Positions 20,086 to 30,889 are shown, numbered from the stretch's first letter. The stretch: DNA of 61,541 bases from Clostridia bacterium (GCA_017623975.1 JAGANX010000018.1:1-61541), one strand, 5' to 3'. Numbers and translations are program-made. Notes: generated by a model from the sequence alone, not told the origin.

Positions 20086-20772
20086 CTAAAATTTAATTTT
20101 TGCTATATGCGGACGGTGGTCCGATGCGATAATTTCGGGAATATCGGCAGATACCACCTCAATGTCGGGGGATACGAATATATAGTCAATTTTTATCCTC
20201 GGGTTATCTGACGGAAAACTTAATTTATTTTCGCAAAACCCCGTGGAAGTGTCGATTAAACACTGTTTTATGGGTATTAAAAGCTCATTGCTCGGCTCGA
20301 TATTAAAGTCGCCCATCAATATGCATTTTTCATTTCGTATGTGTTGGAGAATTGTTTTTACAGCGTTTTCCTGCTCGTCCTTTTCCAAGCCAAAATGGGT
20401 TACTAAAACTCTTACTCCGTTTTCAAGCTCTGCCTTTAAAACGCATCTTGTTTCGTACCAGCCACCCGGTCTTTTGGGGCTCGGGTCGGGAATTATTATA
20501 GTTTCCACGCTTTTAAAGGGTATTTTTGACAAAATCCCATTACCGTAAGGACCGTCGCTGTCATCAATTGCCTTTGCAAAGTAATAGTTTTCTATTCCTG
20601 TAATGCTTGCAAGCTTTTTTGTTTGCTCACAGTAAATGCCCCCGTCAAACATTTCATTCAAACCGATTATGTCCGCACCTGTGTCCATAATCGCCCTTGC
20701 CATTATTTCATAGTCAACCTTCTGTTCCAAATAATTCAGACAATGTTGTGTGTTAAAGCTCATTATTTTCAT
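20086..20772 (-). CDS. endonuclease/exonuclease/phosphatase family protein
   Basis: MSFN, GLNE, THF, MGDFN, IDYIF and SDH motifs. Confidence 0.88.
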   Translation of the reverse strand: MKIMSFNTQHCLNYLEQKVDYEIMARAIMDTGADIIGLNEMFDGGIYCEQTKKLASITGIENYYFAKAIDDSDGPYGNGILSKIPFKSVETIIIPDPSPKRPGGWYETRCVLKAELENGVRVLVTHFGLEKDEQENAVKTILQHIRNEKCILMGDFNIEPSNELLIPIKQCLIDTSTGFCENKLSFPSDNPRIKIDYIFVSPDIEVVSADIPEIIASDHRPHIAKIKF

Positions 20773-20877
20773 TTTCATCACCTCAATTTTATTTTATCAT
20801 ACAAGATATTATTTGTAAACACTTGTTTTCAATAAAGCAATGTGATAAAATTAAGAAAAACGATTATGAGGTTAAAT

Positions 20878-22704
20878 ATGGAATTTTTACTTGGCTGTAA
20901 CTATTGGGCATCTAATGCAGGCACGGAGATGTGGCGTGACTTTGATGTTTGCGCAATTGACCGTGATTTATCTATCCTTGCAAAAAACGGAGTTAAGCAC
21001 CTGCGTGTTTTTCCAAACTGGCGTGATTTTCAGCCCGTTACCCCTATTTATGAAAACAGAGGCAACCTTGTAGGATACGAGGGTAACCGCAATTACTATT
21101 ATATTGATGAGGAAATGCTTTCCCACTTTTCAAAATTTCTTGACCTGTGCGACAGGTATGGCTTAAAGGTTATCGTTGGTTTAATTACAGGCTTTATGAG
21201 TGGGCGTATGTTTGTGCCCGCCGCCCTTCTTGGCAAGAATATTATAACTGACCCTATGTCACAGTATTTACAGCAGCTTTTTATCAAGGGCTTTGTAAAC
21301 AGCTTTAAGGATAGAGATACAATTATCGCCTGGGACTTAGGTAACGAGTGTAACGAAATGGAAAATGTAAATAATCACCACGAGGCTGACAGCTGGATTG
21401 CCTTAGTATCAAACGCAATTAAGGCGGCTGACCCTACCCGTCCCGTTGTTTCGGGTATGCACTACCTTAATGAAGAAAATTTGTGGAAGTTCAGCACACA
21501 AGGGGAGTTTACCGATATTTTGACAACGCACCCATACCCTTATTGGTGTGAGTTTACAAGGATTGACAAAACAATGTCCCCTCGCACACTCCTCTTTTCC
21601 ACCATTTACACTAAATATTATGCAGAAGTTAGCGGCAAGCCCTGTCTCTCCGAGGAAATGGGTACAATGGGACCTATGATTTGCAGTGATGAAAATGCAG
21701 GAAAATATATGCGCCTAAACCTTTACTCCCTGTGGGCAAACAATGCCCTCGGCGCACTTTGGTGGTGCGGCTGCGACCAAAATAAGCTAAACACCCACCC
21801 TTACACCGCTTTAATGGTGGAAAGGGAGCTTGGTCTTATAAGGAATGACGGTACGCCAAAGCCAACGCTTTTGGAAATCAAGAGCTTCCGTGAGTTTCTT
21901 AACTCCTTGGACTTTAAGCTTTCCCCATCTACAACGGACGGTGTTTGTATTCTTTCCAAAAAGCAAAACCATTGGGAAATTTGCTATATGTCATATCTTA
22001 TGGCTGCAAAATCAAATTTAAACCTAACTTATACATATTGCGACAGTGAGCTTCCGTACTCTGACCTTTATTTGCTCCCTTCAATTTCAGGCACTAACGT
22101 AATTCATAAGGAAACATACGAGGAATTAAAAGCAAGAGTATATGAGGGTGCGGATTTATACATTTCACTAAATGACGGTATTCTTACAGAGCTTGAAGAA
22201 TTCGTTGGCGTGCGTGTTATTGACAGCTTTGAGCATAACGAGTCTTTAAGCGTGGAAATTAAAGGAGCTACTATTCCGTTTAAGAGAGAAAGAACTGTTA
22301 TTCTTGAAGCTACAAGCGCAAGGGTGCTTTACCGTGACAGTAACGGTAACCCGTTCGCAACCGTGAATAACTACGGTAAGGGCAGGGTATTTTTTGTAAA
22401 TGCGCCAATTGAGAAAATGCTCACGGATACACCAAATGCGTACGACACAAATAACTATATGGTATATAAGGAGCTTCTTTGCGACCACATAAACAAGGCG
22501 GTAGAAATAGAAAACGACTATGTAATTCATACACTCCACGAGGAAAATGACGGTTATGTGGTAGTTGCCCTTAATTTGTCGGGGGACACCGTTGACCCAC
22601 AAATCACCATTTCAAATGACTATAAAATCGATGCGGTTTACCGCGGCGAAATAAACAGTATTAACGGCTATGATGCCTGCGTGTTTAGAATAATAAAACG
22701 CTAA
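20878..22704 (+). CDS. clan GH-A glycoside hydrolase (GH5-like, possible beta-mannanase/mannosidase)
   Basis: GCNYWASNAG..MW, LRVFPNW, WDLGNE (acid/base), THPY and EEMG (nucleophile). Confidence 0.75.
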   Translation: MEFLLGCNYWASNAGTEMWRDFDVCAIDRDLSILAKNGVKHLRVFPNWRDFQPVTPIYENRGNLVGYEGNRNYYYIDEEMLSHFSKFLDLCDRYGLKVIVGLITGFMSGRMFVPAALLGKNIITDPMSQYLQQLFIKGFVNSFKDRDTIIAWDLGNECNEMENVNNHHEADSWIALVSNAIKAADPTRPVVSGMHYLNEENLWKFSTQGEFTDILTTHPYPYWCEFTRIDKTMSPRTLLFSTIYTKYYAEVSGKPCLSEEMGTMGPMICSDENAGKYMRLNLYSLWANNALGALWWCGCDQNKLNTHPYTALMVERELGLIRNDGTPKPTLLEIKSFREFLNSLDFKLSPSTTDGVCILSKKQNHWEICYMSYLMAAKSNLNLTYTYCDSELPYSDLYLLPSISGTNVIHKETYEELKARVYEGADLYISLNDGILTELEEFVGVRVIDSFEHNESLSVEIKGATIPFKRERTVILEATSARVLYRDSNGNPFATVNNYGKGRVFFVNAPIEKMLTDTPNAYDTNNYMVYKELLCDHINKAVEIENDYVIHTLHEENDGYVVVALNLSGDTVDPQITISNDYKIDAVYRGEINSINGYDACVFRIIKR

Positions 22705-22725
22705 TTCAAATCGTTGAATAAAAAC

Positions 22726-22755
22726 AAAAGCCTTCTCGTTTTGAGAAGGCTTTTA
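22726..22755. terminator. bidirectional terminator
   Basis: AAAAGCCTTCTC/GAGAAGGCTTTT. Confidence 0.7.
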
Positions 22756-22820
22756 TGGTACCTTAATTTAATAAAGCAATTTAGATTTTGTTTTCCATTT
22801 TAAGCATAATTTTGATAGGC

Positions 22821-23279
22821 TCAATTATAGTTGGCTAAATTTATTATTCGCTTTCCTTTTTTTGTTGCATACTGTAAGGCTTTATATGCACCACCATAAT
22901 TACAATCCACATATGCTAATACCAAGTCCGCTTGCTCAATCATCCATTCGTTTCTTTTGCAAATAGCTAACCTTTGCGGCACTGTTTCTAATGGCGGATA
23001 AATAACACTATCATATGTTTTTTCTTCAATAAGCCTTTTTATCTTTTTTTGCTGTGATATGGATATATATGGAGTAACGAAAACAATTTCACAATCCGTA
23101 CATATTTTTTTAATACTATGGCAAACAGTAGCACATAAATTATCGAAATCACCATATCCACCACAATAAAATATTGTCTTTTCGCCCAACCTTATACTCT
23201 CAATTAGTGACATTTTAACTCTTTCTTGCAATCCATTTTCTTTGCATAGCGTTCTGTGTCCAACAAATGTAATTATCAT
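22821..23279 (-). CDS. SLOG-superfamily (DUF1273/YpsA-like) protein
   Basis: TFVGHR, GGYGDFD, AICKRNEWMI and GGAY..YA..GKRIINL. Confidence 0.8.
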   Translation of the reverse strand: MIITFVGHRTLCKENGLQERVKMSLIESIRLGEKTIFYCGGYGDFDNLCATVCHSIKKICTDCEIVFVTPYISISQQKKIKRLIEEKTYDSVIYPPLETVPQRLAICKRNEWMIEQADLVLAYVDCNYGGAYKALQYATKKGKRIINLANYN

Positions 23280-23293
23280 AAGCATCTCCAATA

Positions 23294-23405
23294 ATCGTGG
23301 AATTCCGTTATTGATTATAACTCTATGACATCAGTTTGTCAATATCGTGGAACTCCACGAGATAAAATTTTTAAGCAAGCATATAATAATTGTGGAATTC
23401 CGTGA
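23294..23405. promoter_or_regulatory. three operator-like GTGGAAyTCC sites in the divergent intergenic region
   Basis: ATCGTGGAATTCCGT (23294), ATCGTGGAACTCCACGA (23344) and GTGGAATTCCGT (23392). Confidence 0.65.
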
Positions 23406-23420
23406 TTTTGGAGTGTTGTT

Positions 23421-23654
23421 ATGAAATTAAATGACGCAATTATAAAACGCATTGATGAAATTTGCAAATCAAAAGGAATAAATGTTTGTGATGCTTCTCT
23501 CAAAGGTGGCATGTCGCCCTCTGCATTGTATGATTTAATCAAGGGCAGAACAAAATGCTCAAAGGTTATTACTATTAAACGCTTCTGCGAGGGAGCAGGT
23601 ATTACATTATCTGAATTTTTTCAAAGAGATTATTTTAACGATATTGAAGATTAA
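23421..23654 (+). CDS. XRE/Cro-family HTH regulator
   Basis: 77 aa; GMSPSALYDLIKG and ITIKRFCEGAGITLSEFF. Confidence 0.85.
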   Translation: MKLNDAIIKRIDEICKSKGINVCDASLKGGMSPSALYDLIKGRTKCSKVITIKRFCEGAGITLSEFFQRDYFNDIED

Positions 23655-23697
23655 AAAAGCCTTCTTTTAGCTTGCTTTGCTAAAAGAAGGCTTTTTG
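23655..23697. terminator. bidirectional terminator
   Basis: AAAAAGCCTTCTTTTAGC/GCTAAAAGAAGGCTTTTT. Confidence 0.75.
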
Positions 23698-23789
23698 TTA
23701 TTTTGCTTTAACGAGGCTACCGATTATACTTATTCTATTTATAGCATAATTTTGATAGTCTCTAAATCATAATGCTTTTCATTTTATGA

Positions 23790-26186
23790 TTATTCCTTAT
23801 ATCCCCACACAACAGGGCAATTGTCTTCATTCCAATCGCTATCCCAGCTAAGCGGTCTTTTCTCTACCTCACAATAAATCGTAAGGCTTTCACATCTTTT
23901 AATTGCAAGCTGTTCAACTCTTTCAACACTACTTGGAATAATTATACTTTTTAAATTATTGCAACTACTGAAAGCATACATTCCAATAGTTTTAATGCTA
24001 TTTGGAATAACAACCTCCGTTAAATCTTTACAAGCGGAAAATGCGCTACCTGATATACCCACTACCGAATACTGCTGTCCTTTATAAGTAATACTTTCAG
24101 GAATAATCGCCCTTGTAATATTTTTCGGTTGCGCTACAACATGGGCTCCCTCACCATCAATCATATATCTTATTCCGTCAATCACTGTATATATGCATCC
24201 ATTCGAGGTTGAATCGTTATTATTGCAATCCCATATAACGGCGGGATAAATACCGGGGTTCCAGTTATAATGCCATCCGCTTGGTCTTTTTGAAGCCTCA
24301 CAGTAAACAGTAACACACGAACATTGATAGATGGAATTTTCCGCAACACTTATTACACTGCTTGGAATTAACACTTCAACAAGTAAATCGCAATCATAGA
24401 ATGCCTCGCCAACAATACTCGTTACCGGATAATTTTGTCCACCATAACTAATGCTTGAAGCAATTATCGCTTTTGCGATATTTTTTCCTTGTCTTACAAC
24501 AGTTGCTTTTCCGTCCTTCAAGGCATATCTTACATTATCTTGTACCACATAGATATTTCCGTTAGTTGCTACGTTGTTGTTATTGCAATCCCACACAACA
24601 TGGCAGGATGAGGTTTTCCAATAGCTTGGCCATGTACACTCGTTCTCTGCAATCTCACAATACATCGTAAGAATAGGGCTACCTTGGTTCACAACTTCTC
24701 CCATAAGCGTCATGCTTGCAGGGACAACAACCTTCATAAGATTAGGACAGCTTGAAAATGCATAGTTGCCGATTTTAGTTACATTGTCAGTTACTATAAT
24801 CGTTTCACAATATTGGCTTCTTGAAAATGCATATGCTGAAATGGTAGTTACATCTTCGGGAACCACAAAGGTTTCGTCCTTTTTGCCTGTTGCATATTGA
24901 AGAAGCGTTTTTCCGTCCTTTGTGTAAAGGCTTCCGTCTATTGATTTATAATTTGGGTTATCCTTGTCAACGCTTATGCTTTCAAGATTCTTACATTTAC
25001 GCAAGGCTCCTTCCGCAATGCTCACTACACTGCTTGGTATAGTTATGCTTCTTATTGTATTGGAGTTATAAAAGGCAGTTTTAATGTTTTTTACTGTTTT
25101 ACCCTTGTATTGAGCAGGTATAATTACATCCTTTGCAGTACCCTCATATTTAGTAATGTTCCATGTGCTGCCACTCATTTGGAAGCCCAAGCCGTCACTG
25201 CCGTCAACAAACTCCGCATACAAGGTGATATTTTTCGGCTCTGTAATTTCAAAAACAGGGCTACCGCTAAAATCGCTTTCATAGTACCAATAATTAAACA
25301 AGCGGTTTTCTTGATTGCTTAAATCGCTAAGCTTGATGGGTAAATCCTCTACTGTAAAGGTAACGGGGTTTTCAGGATTTGCTTCTCCACCGTTACAATG
25401 GTAGGTAATTGTAAACCCTTCGGACTCCCAAACTGCGTAAAGGATATAAGTATCATCCGTACCCATAGTGTATGACGCACCGTCAAGATATTCAACAGGT
25501 CCGTTAGGTGTTGTTGACCAGCCCTTGAATACGTATCCTTGGCGTACGTAGGTGTTTTTTGGAAGATTAGCCGTTGCACCGTTTTTTATAACTGCATCAA
25601 TCATTGCTCCGCTTTCAACACCGTTACCGTCAAATACAATATTACTCGTTGTACGGTCCCATACAGCATAAAGCTTTGTGGATTTTGTACCCATAGTGTA
25701 TGGCGCACAATCAGCATATTCAACAGGTCCGTCAGGGGTTGTTGACCAGCCTAAAAATTTACGGTTGTTCCACTTAAATGGGTTCTTTACAATATTTTTT
25801 GTTTGACCTGTCTTTATCGCCATGGATGTTCCTGAAATCGCTTCGTATGGCGCGCCGTTCCTGTCTAAGCTAAGATAATTTTCATTTGCAAACCATCTTG
25901 CTTCAAGAGTCATATCATCTGTAACGGTGTGGCCTGCAAACGACCACTTTTCATCCCCGTAGTACCAGCCTGAAAATGTGTAACCGGGGTTTTCTATAGC
26001 CTCGGGCTGAGGCACCTTTTTGCCGTTTTTAACCTTCACAGACTTTACAAATGCTCCACAGTTAGTTTTAAAGGTTACAGTATAAGCTTCTTCGCTATCA
26101 CCATCATCGCCTTCACTTCCGCAAGAAGCAAAGCAGCAAACAAGGGCTAAGCATAATAATAGTGTAAGTAAAAATTTAAATTTCAT
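23790..26186 (-). CDS. lipoprotein with InlB B-type (Flg_new-like) repeats and BspA/LRR repeats
   Basis: Lipobox FASC; GYTFSGWY and FxGWSTTP repeats; LRR_5 repeats; three YCE..W..W..VxW motifs. Confidence 0.8.
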   Translation of the reverse strand: MKFKFLLTLLLCLALVCCFASCGSEGDDGDSEEAYTVTFKTNCGAFVKSVKVKNGKKVPQPEAIENPGYTFSGWYYGDEKWSFAGHTVTDDMTLEARWFANENYLSLDRNGAPYEAISGTSMAIKTGQTKNIVKNPFKWNNRKFLGWSTTPDGPVEYADCAPYTMGTKSTKLYAVWDRTTSNIVFDGNGVESGAMIDAVIKNGATANLPKNTYVRQGYVFKGWSTTPNGPVEYLDGASYTMGTDDTYILYAVWESEGFTITYHCNGGEANPENPVTFTVEDLPIKLSDLSNQENRLFNYWYYESDFSGSPVFEITEPKNITLYAEFVDGSDGLGFQMSGSTWNITKYEGTAKDVIIPAQYKGKTVKNIKTAFYNSNTIRSITIPSSVVSIAEGALRKCKNLESISVDKDNPNYKSIDGSLYTKDGKTLLQYATGKKDETFVVPEDVTTISAYAFSRSQYCETIIVTDNVTKIGNYAFSSCPNLMKVVVPASMTLMGEVVNQGSPILTMYCEIAENECTWPSYWKTSSCHVVWDCNNNNVATNGNIYVVQDNVRYALKDGKATVVRQGKNIAKAIIASSISYGGQNYPVTSIVGEAFYDCDLLVEVLIPSSVISVAENSIYQCSCVTVYCEASKRPSGWHYNWNPGIYPAVIWDCNNNDSTSNGCIYTVIDGIRYMIDGEGAHVVAQPKNITRAIIPESITYKGQQYSVVGISGSAFSACKDLTEVVIPNSIKTIGMYAFSSCNNLKSIIIPSSVERVEQLAIKRCESLTIYCEVEKRPLSWDSDWNEDNCPVVWGYKE

Positions 26187-26246
26187 TGTCACATCTCCCT
26201 AATATAGATTGTTTTGTAATTTAATAATAGCACATTTCAACAGCTA

Positions 26247-28394
26247 TTAAAATATGTGCGTTCCTTTTTTAACCTTATGCTCTATGCCGTTAATTATGAC
26301 AGTTGCGCTTTTTGGTACGGTAATTTCGTAGCGGATTTTACCGTTTTCGTGGTACCATTTGGATGATATTTTGCCAAATTTCGTACACAGGGTGGCACTT
26401 AAATGGTCAAGCTTGTCTGTTGGCGTTGGCTCTATCACTATTTTTTCAAAGGCAGGCTTGTCCTCGCAGGGCTTAATTCCGCACGCCACCTCATAAACCC
26501 AGTCTGCCACGCTACCATAGGCATAATGGTTAAAGGAGTTCATATTCCTTGACCAAAATTCGCCCTTTTCGTTCTTTCCGTCCCAATGCTCCCAAATTGT
26601 AGTTGCGCCCTGCTTTACAGAATAAAGCCAAGAGGGGAATTTGTCCTGCAAAAGCAGTGAATAAGCGGTTTCGCTATACCCATTTTGTGAAAGGGCATGC
26701 AAAAGATAGGGCGTACCGACAAAGCCTGTTTTCAAGCGTGTTCCGTTTGCTATAATCATATCGTTTAGCTGTTTTGCAACCGCTTTTTTATCCTGTGCTA
26801 TGTCAAAATAAAGAGCAAGGACACACTCTGTTTGGGTTTTATATTCCTTAAAGGTTTCTTTTATTTTCTTGGTTATTTTTTCGTGCAGGCGTTCATATTT
26901 TTCAACACTCCTGCCTAAAATTTTTCCAACCTTAATTACTATTCCAACAGAATGGCGGTAGAAAACCGATGCAATAAAGTCCTCGCTTGACGAGCCGCGA
27001 TAGCTACCCTCGGGGGCATCAAGCCCAAGCCAGTCGCCAAATTGGTCACAGCCGCACCAAAGGTATTTTTCCTTTGTTACGCTGCCAATATATTTAATGT
27101 ATCTTTTCATACAGGCATAGTGCTTTTTCAGTACGCTTACATTACCGTAGGATAAATAAAGCTGATAGGGAATTATAGTTGCGCTATCTCCCCACACAGC
27201 GCCGCTTGTTTCTGCCGTTGACCAGTCCCAGCAAACGGTTTGGGGAATAATGTTGGGGATATAGCCTGTCTTTCCTTGGTCAAGACGCATATCGTGCAGC
27301 CATTTTTCAAAGAACCTGTTTACATCGTAATTGTAGCAGGCGGTTTTGCAAAATACCGTTGCATCCCCTGTCCAGCCCTGCCTTTCATCCCTTTGCGGGC
27401 AGTCTGTCGGCACATCCAAGAAATTACCCTTTTGTCCCCATATAATGTTGGAAAACAGCTTATTCAGCTCCTTGTTTGAGCTTTCAAGATAGCCTGTACG
27501 CTTTATATCCGAATGTAAAACTATAGCTTTTATATTTTCCTTTTTGATTTCACAGGGGAAGCTGTCAACACGCATATACCTAAAACCCCAAAAGGCTAAA
27601 ATAGGCTTGTATCTGTTTTCACCTTGGTGACATATATACTCAAAGCGAGCCTTTGCATCACGGTAGTTATCGTTATAAAAGTTGCCGTATTTGTCAAGCT
27701 CCTCACAAACGGTAAATGCTACCCTATCCCCTTTTTCGGCACTTACGCAAAATTCAAAATATCCTGTTAAATTCTGCCCAAAATCTATTAAGGTGTCCCC
27801 GTTTGGCGCTTTAAAAATCGACACAGGTTCAAGTATTTCCTGCTCCTTTACAAAAACGCCCTCTTGCTTTTCTATCTTTTTCTTATCGTAATCAATTGTT
27901 TTTGCATTTACATATTCGTCCTCAAACAAAGAGTCGTAAATTTCTCCGTCATAAAGCTCTGCCATACGAAGCTTGTCCTTTTTTACAAGCCAGCTCTCAT
28001 CAGTTACAAAAGTTTCCCTTTCGCCGCCCTTGTATTCTATAACAAGCTTGGCAATTAGGGCTTTTTTAAGCTCCTCTTTGCCTTTATCAACATTGAAGTT
28101 GATTTTGCCCTTGTACCATCCGTCAGACACTATTACATCAAGGCTGCTTTCCTCTTTCAGCATTTTTGTAACATCATAGCTTTGATACTGCACGCGTTTT
28201 CTTGAAGTGAAGCCGGGGGCTAAAATAAAGTCACCCACACGCACCCCGTCAATTTCCGCATAATAGCAGCCGAGGGATGTTACATTAAGGGTCGCTTTTT
28301 TAATTTTGCCCTTTAATTTCACTGACTTATGAAAATGTACAGGCTCATAAAGCTTGTTTTCGGGATGTATTATATAATTTGCATATTTAAACAT
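26247..28394 (-). CDS. alpha-L-rhamnosidase (GH78)
   Basis: DFGQN, PTDCPQRDERQGWTGD, FGDWL, GATTIWEHW and SFNHYAYG. Confidence 0.92.
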   Translation of the reverse strand: MFKYANYIIHPENKLYEPVHFHKSVKLKGKIKKATLNVTSLGCYYAEIDGVRVGDFILAPGFTSRKRVQYQSYDVTKMLKEESSLDVIVSDGWYKGKINFNVDKGKEELKKALIAKLVIEYKGGERETFVTDESWLVKKDKLRMAELYDGEIYDSLFEDEYVNAKTIDYDKKKIEKQEGVFVKEQEILEPVSIFKAPNGDTLIDFGQNLTGYFEFCVSAEKGDRVAFTVCEELDKYGNFYNDNYRDAKARFEYICHQGENRYKPILAFWGFRYMRVDSFPCEIKKENIKAIVLHSDIKRTGYLESSNKELNKLFSNIIWGQKGNFLDVPTDCPQRDERQGWTGDATVFCKTACYNYDVNRFFEKWLHDMRLDQGKTGYIPNIIPQTVCWDWSTAETSGAVWGDSATIIPYQLYLSYGNVSVLKKHYACMKRYIKYIGSVTKEKYLWCGCDQFGDWLGLDAPEGSYRGSSSEDFIASVFYRHSVGIVIKVGKILGRSVEKYERLHEKITKKIKETFKEYKTQTECVLALYFDIAQDKKAVAKQLNDMIIANGTRLKTGFVGTPYLLHALSQNGYSETAYSLLLQDKFPSWLYSVKQGATTIWEHWDGKNEKGEFWSRNMNSFNHYAYGSVADWVYEVACGIKPCEDKPAFEKIVIEPTPTDKLDHLSATLCTKFGKISSKWYHENGKIRYEITVPKSATVIINGIEHKVKKGTHIF

Positions 28395-29356
28395 TATAGC
28401 TTATTGTCCTTTATAAATTTAAATAAATTCTGCGCTATCATTTCCGAGCCGTAGGTATTTGGGTGAACTCCGTCAGCCAAGCACTCCGCAACATTTGGCA
28501 TTAAATCAAGCCCATCTGCCACGGTAATGTTTGGGTAAAGGGCGCAGGCATCCTTGATTTTGTTAATGCACCAAGAAAACCTTTCCACATCCAAATCCCT
28601 TGTCCTAAAAATCGGTGTTATGGCAAGAATTTTAGTGTTTGGATATATTTCACTCAGCCTTTTATAAAAATCAAAGGCTGCCCTCTCATAATCGTAGGTA
28701 TCCACACATTCATAGTAATTTGTACCCAAGAAGGCTATAATTTTATCTGGCTCAAAGCCCGTAACCTTCATTAAATCCTTAGCTTCAAAGCGGTAGCCGC
28801 CTATACCTTGGTCCAAGATTGTATATCCTGTTTTCCTTTGCAGACTGTTAAGGTATGAGGCGCTTGCAAAATCAGGGCCTGCGCCCTGTGTAATAGAGTC
28901 ACCTATTACAAGAACCCTTTGTCCCTTGTCCTTTACAGCCTCATAGCCACCGTCAAGGGTAAAATTCTTTATTTCAAGCTTACTCTCTCCCGGCAGGTAA
29001 AGGGTAACAAGCTTCTTTCCTGCGGGCAGAGTAAACTCCACCTTGCCTTTTAGCCTGTCCTCAATTTTGTATATGCTTGTCAAAACACCGTTTATATATA
29101 AATCAACCGTGTTTCCCCTTTCGTGACTGTGGGAGGCTCTATAATCAAAGCTGATATTTTCAGAGTCCGTCTTAAATTCAAGCCTTATTCCACCTGTAAA
29201 GCCTGCGTACATACGCCAGCCCCAATCATATTCAGGTCTTGCCATATAATCAATTTGCTCCTTACTGTATCTGTACGGAACAAAATATCCCTTATTTTCT
29301 TCAAAATACACTGCCCCCTTTGTGAGCCTTTTAAGTGTTTTTCCTGTCAGTCGCAT
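28394..29356 (-). CDS. SGNH/GDSL hydrolase (possible carbohydrate esterase)
   Basis: GDSITQG, GIGG, GTN and DGVHP; stop overlaps the GH78 start. Confidence 0.85.
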   Translation of the reverse strand: MRLTGKTLKRLTKGAVYFEENKGYFVPYRYSKEQIDYMARPEYDWGWRMYAGFTGGIRLEFKTDSENISFDYRASHSHERGNTVDLYINGVLTSIYKIEDRLKGKVEFTLPAGKKLVTLYLPGESKLEIKNFTLDGGYEAVKDKGQRVLVIGDSITQGAGPDFASASYLNSLQRKTGYTILDQGIGGYRFEAKDLMKVTGFEPDKIIAFLGTNYYECVDTYDYERAAFDFYKRLSEIYPNTKILAITPIFRTRDLDVERFSWCINKIKDACALYPNITVADGLDLMPNVAECLADGVHPNTYGSEMIAQNLFKFIKDNKL

Positions 29357-29589
29357 AATCCATTCTCCTTATAAAATATTACAGTTAAATTTTATCTTAA
29401 ATAGTATTAAATGTCAACTAAAATATAGCTGTTTTTTATATTTTTTAATTATAAACAAAAAGAGGCGATAACGCCTCTTTTATTAAAATTTGACCGTATT
29501 GGATTTTTTATATCTTAGCCATAAGGAATATTTGCCTAAAAGTACCGTCTTATCCCTTTTTAGGCTGGTTTAAGCGGGTACTTCTAAGA

Positions 29590-30774
29590 TTATTTCTTGT
29601 ATCCCCAAGTGACATTATGCTCTGATGAATTCCATCTTTCGTTCCAACCGTCAGGTTTGCTTTCTGCTTCACAATAAATCTTCATACGCCTGTTAGCACC
29701 ATTAAATATGTCCATTTGTATTTGAGTTACGCTGCTTGGTATTACTATACTTTCCAATTGTTCGCAATTTCCAAATGCGTTGTAACCGATGTACTGTACA
29801 CCATTACCGATTGTAACGCTTTTTAAACTAGTGCACCAATAAAAAGCGTTGTCATCTATACTAACTATATTGTTTGGAATTTCTATATTAGTCAAATTCT
29901 TACACGAGCCAAATGCGCCATTAAGAATAAACCTTGTATTCTCTTTTATCACAAAAGAAGTTATATTTTTATCATCTACATTAGCAAGCGCTAAATATGG
30001 ATTTTCCTCATTGCCAATATATTTGGCATTATCGCAAATACTATAGTTAAAGGTTTTAAAGGAAAAACCAAACGCATAAGTACCTATTTTTGTCACACTG
30101 TTAGGCAGTTGCAATTCAGTCATAGAAGGACACTCCTCAAAAGCCTGTGTGCCAATACTCACAACACCATCAGGTATCTCTATACTTGTCAAATCATAGC
30201 ATCTGCTAAACGCTCTTGATTGAATCCGTTTCGTTCCACTATTTATTTCACAAGCAGTTATGTATTGGTCTTTTGCTTTCATAAGAATTAAATATGGGTT
30301 ATCCGAAGTTCCAAGATACAAACCGTTATCATAACTGTTATAGGCAAGTTTTGAGCAACCGTCAAATGCAAAGTCATCAACGAATGTTTCATTACTCGGT
30401 AGAACTATCTCTGTTAGATTTTCGCAAGAGTTAAAAGCCGCCTCACCAATAAACTTTACCCCGCTTGGCATTTCCACACCTGTTATAGTGTTGTTCCTAA
30501 ATGCCTCTTTTCCTATTTCCGTCACAGGCAATCCTTTATATGTTTCCGGTATTACAATATCCTTGTCCTTGCATGAACCAATTCCTTTTACAATATAGGA
30601 TTTTTTGTCACTTGACAACTGGTACTCCAAGCCTTTGCTTGTACGAGGTTTTTCTTGTTTTTCTTGTCCCTCATCGTCCTCGTCTGTTTCATTAGTATCT
30701 TCACAAGATACTAATACAAAGCAAAGACACAAGGAAAGCATAAGCAAGAACAATGCTAAAAGTTTCTTTTTCAT
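29590..30774 (-). CDS. BspA-type LRR lipoprotein
   Basis: Lipobox LVSC; GLEYQLS..GIGSC; LRR_5 repeats; C-terminal YCEAESKPDGWNERWN..WGYK. Confidence 0.85.
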   Translation of the reverse strand: MKKKLLALFLLMLSLCLCFVLVSCEDTNETDEDDEGQEKQEKPRTSKGLEYQLSSDKKSYIVKGIGSCKDKDIVIPETYKGLPVTEIGKEAFRNNTITGVEMPSGVKFIGEAAFNSCENLTEIVLPSNETFVDDFAFDGCSKLAYNSYDNGLYLGTSDNPYLILMKAKDQYITACEINSGTKRIQSRAFSRCYDLTSIEIPDGVVSIGTQAFEECPSMTELQLPNSVTKIGTYAFGFSFKTFNYSICDNAKYIGNEENPYLALANVDDKNITSFVIKENTRFILNGAFGSCKNLTNIEIPNNIVSIDDNAFYWCTSLKSVTIGNGVQYIGYNAFGNCEQLESIVIPSSVTQIQMDIFNGANRRMKIYCEAESKPDGWNERWNSSEHNVTWGYKK

Positions 30775-30889
30775 TTTCTCTCTCCTTAAAAATCAATAAA
30801 TATTATTCTGATTATATTGTAATACCAAATAGTATAAAAATCAACCACTAATTTAAAAGCACCTTGACAAATGTCAAAGTGCTCTTTTT

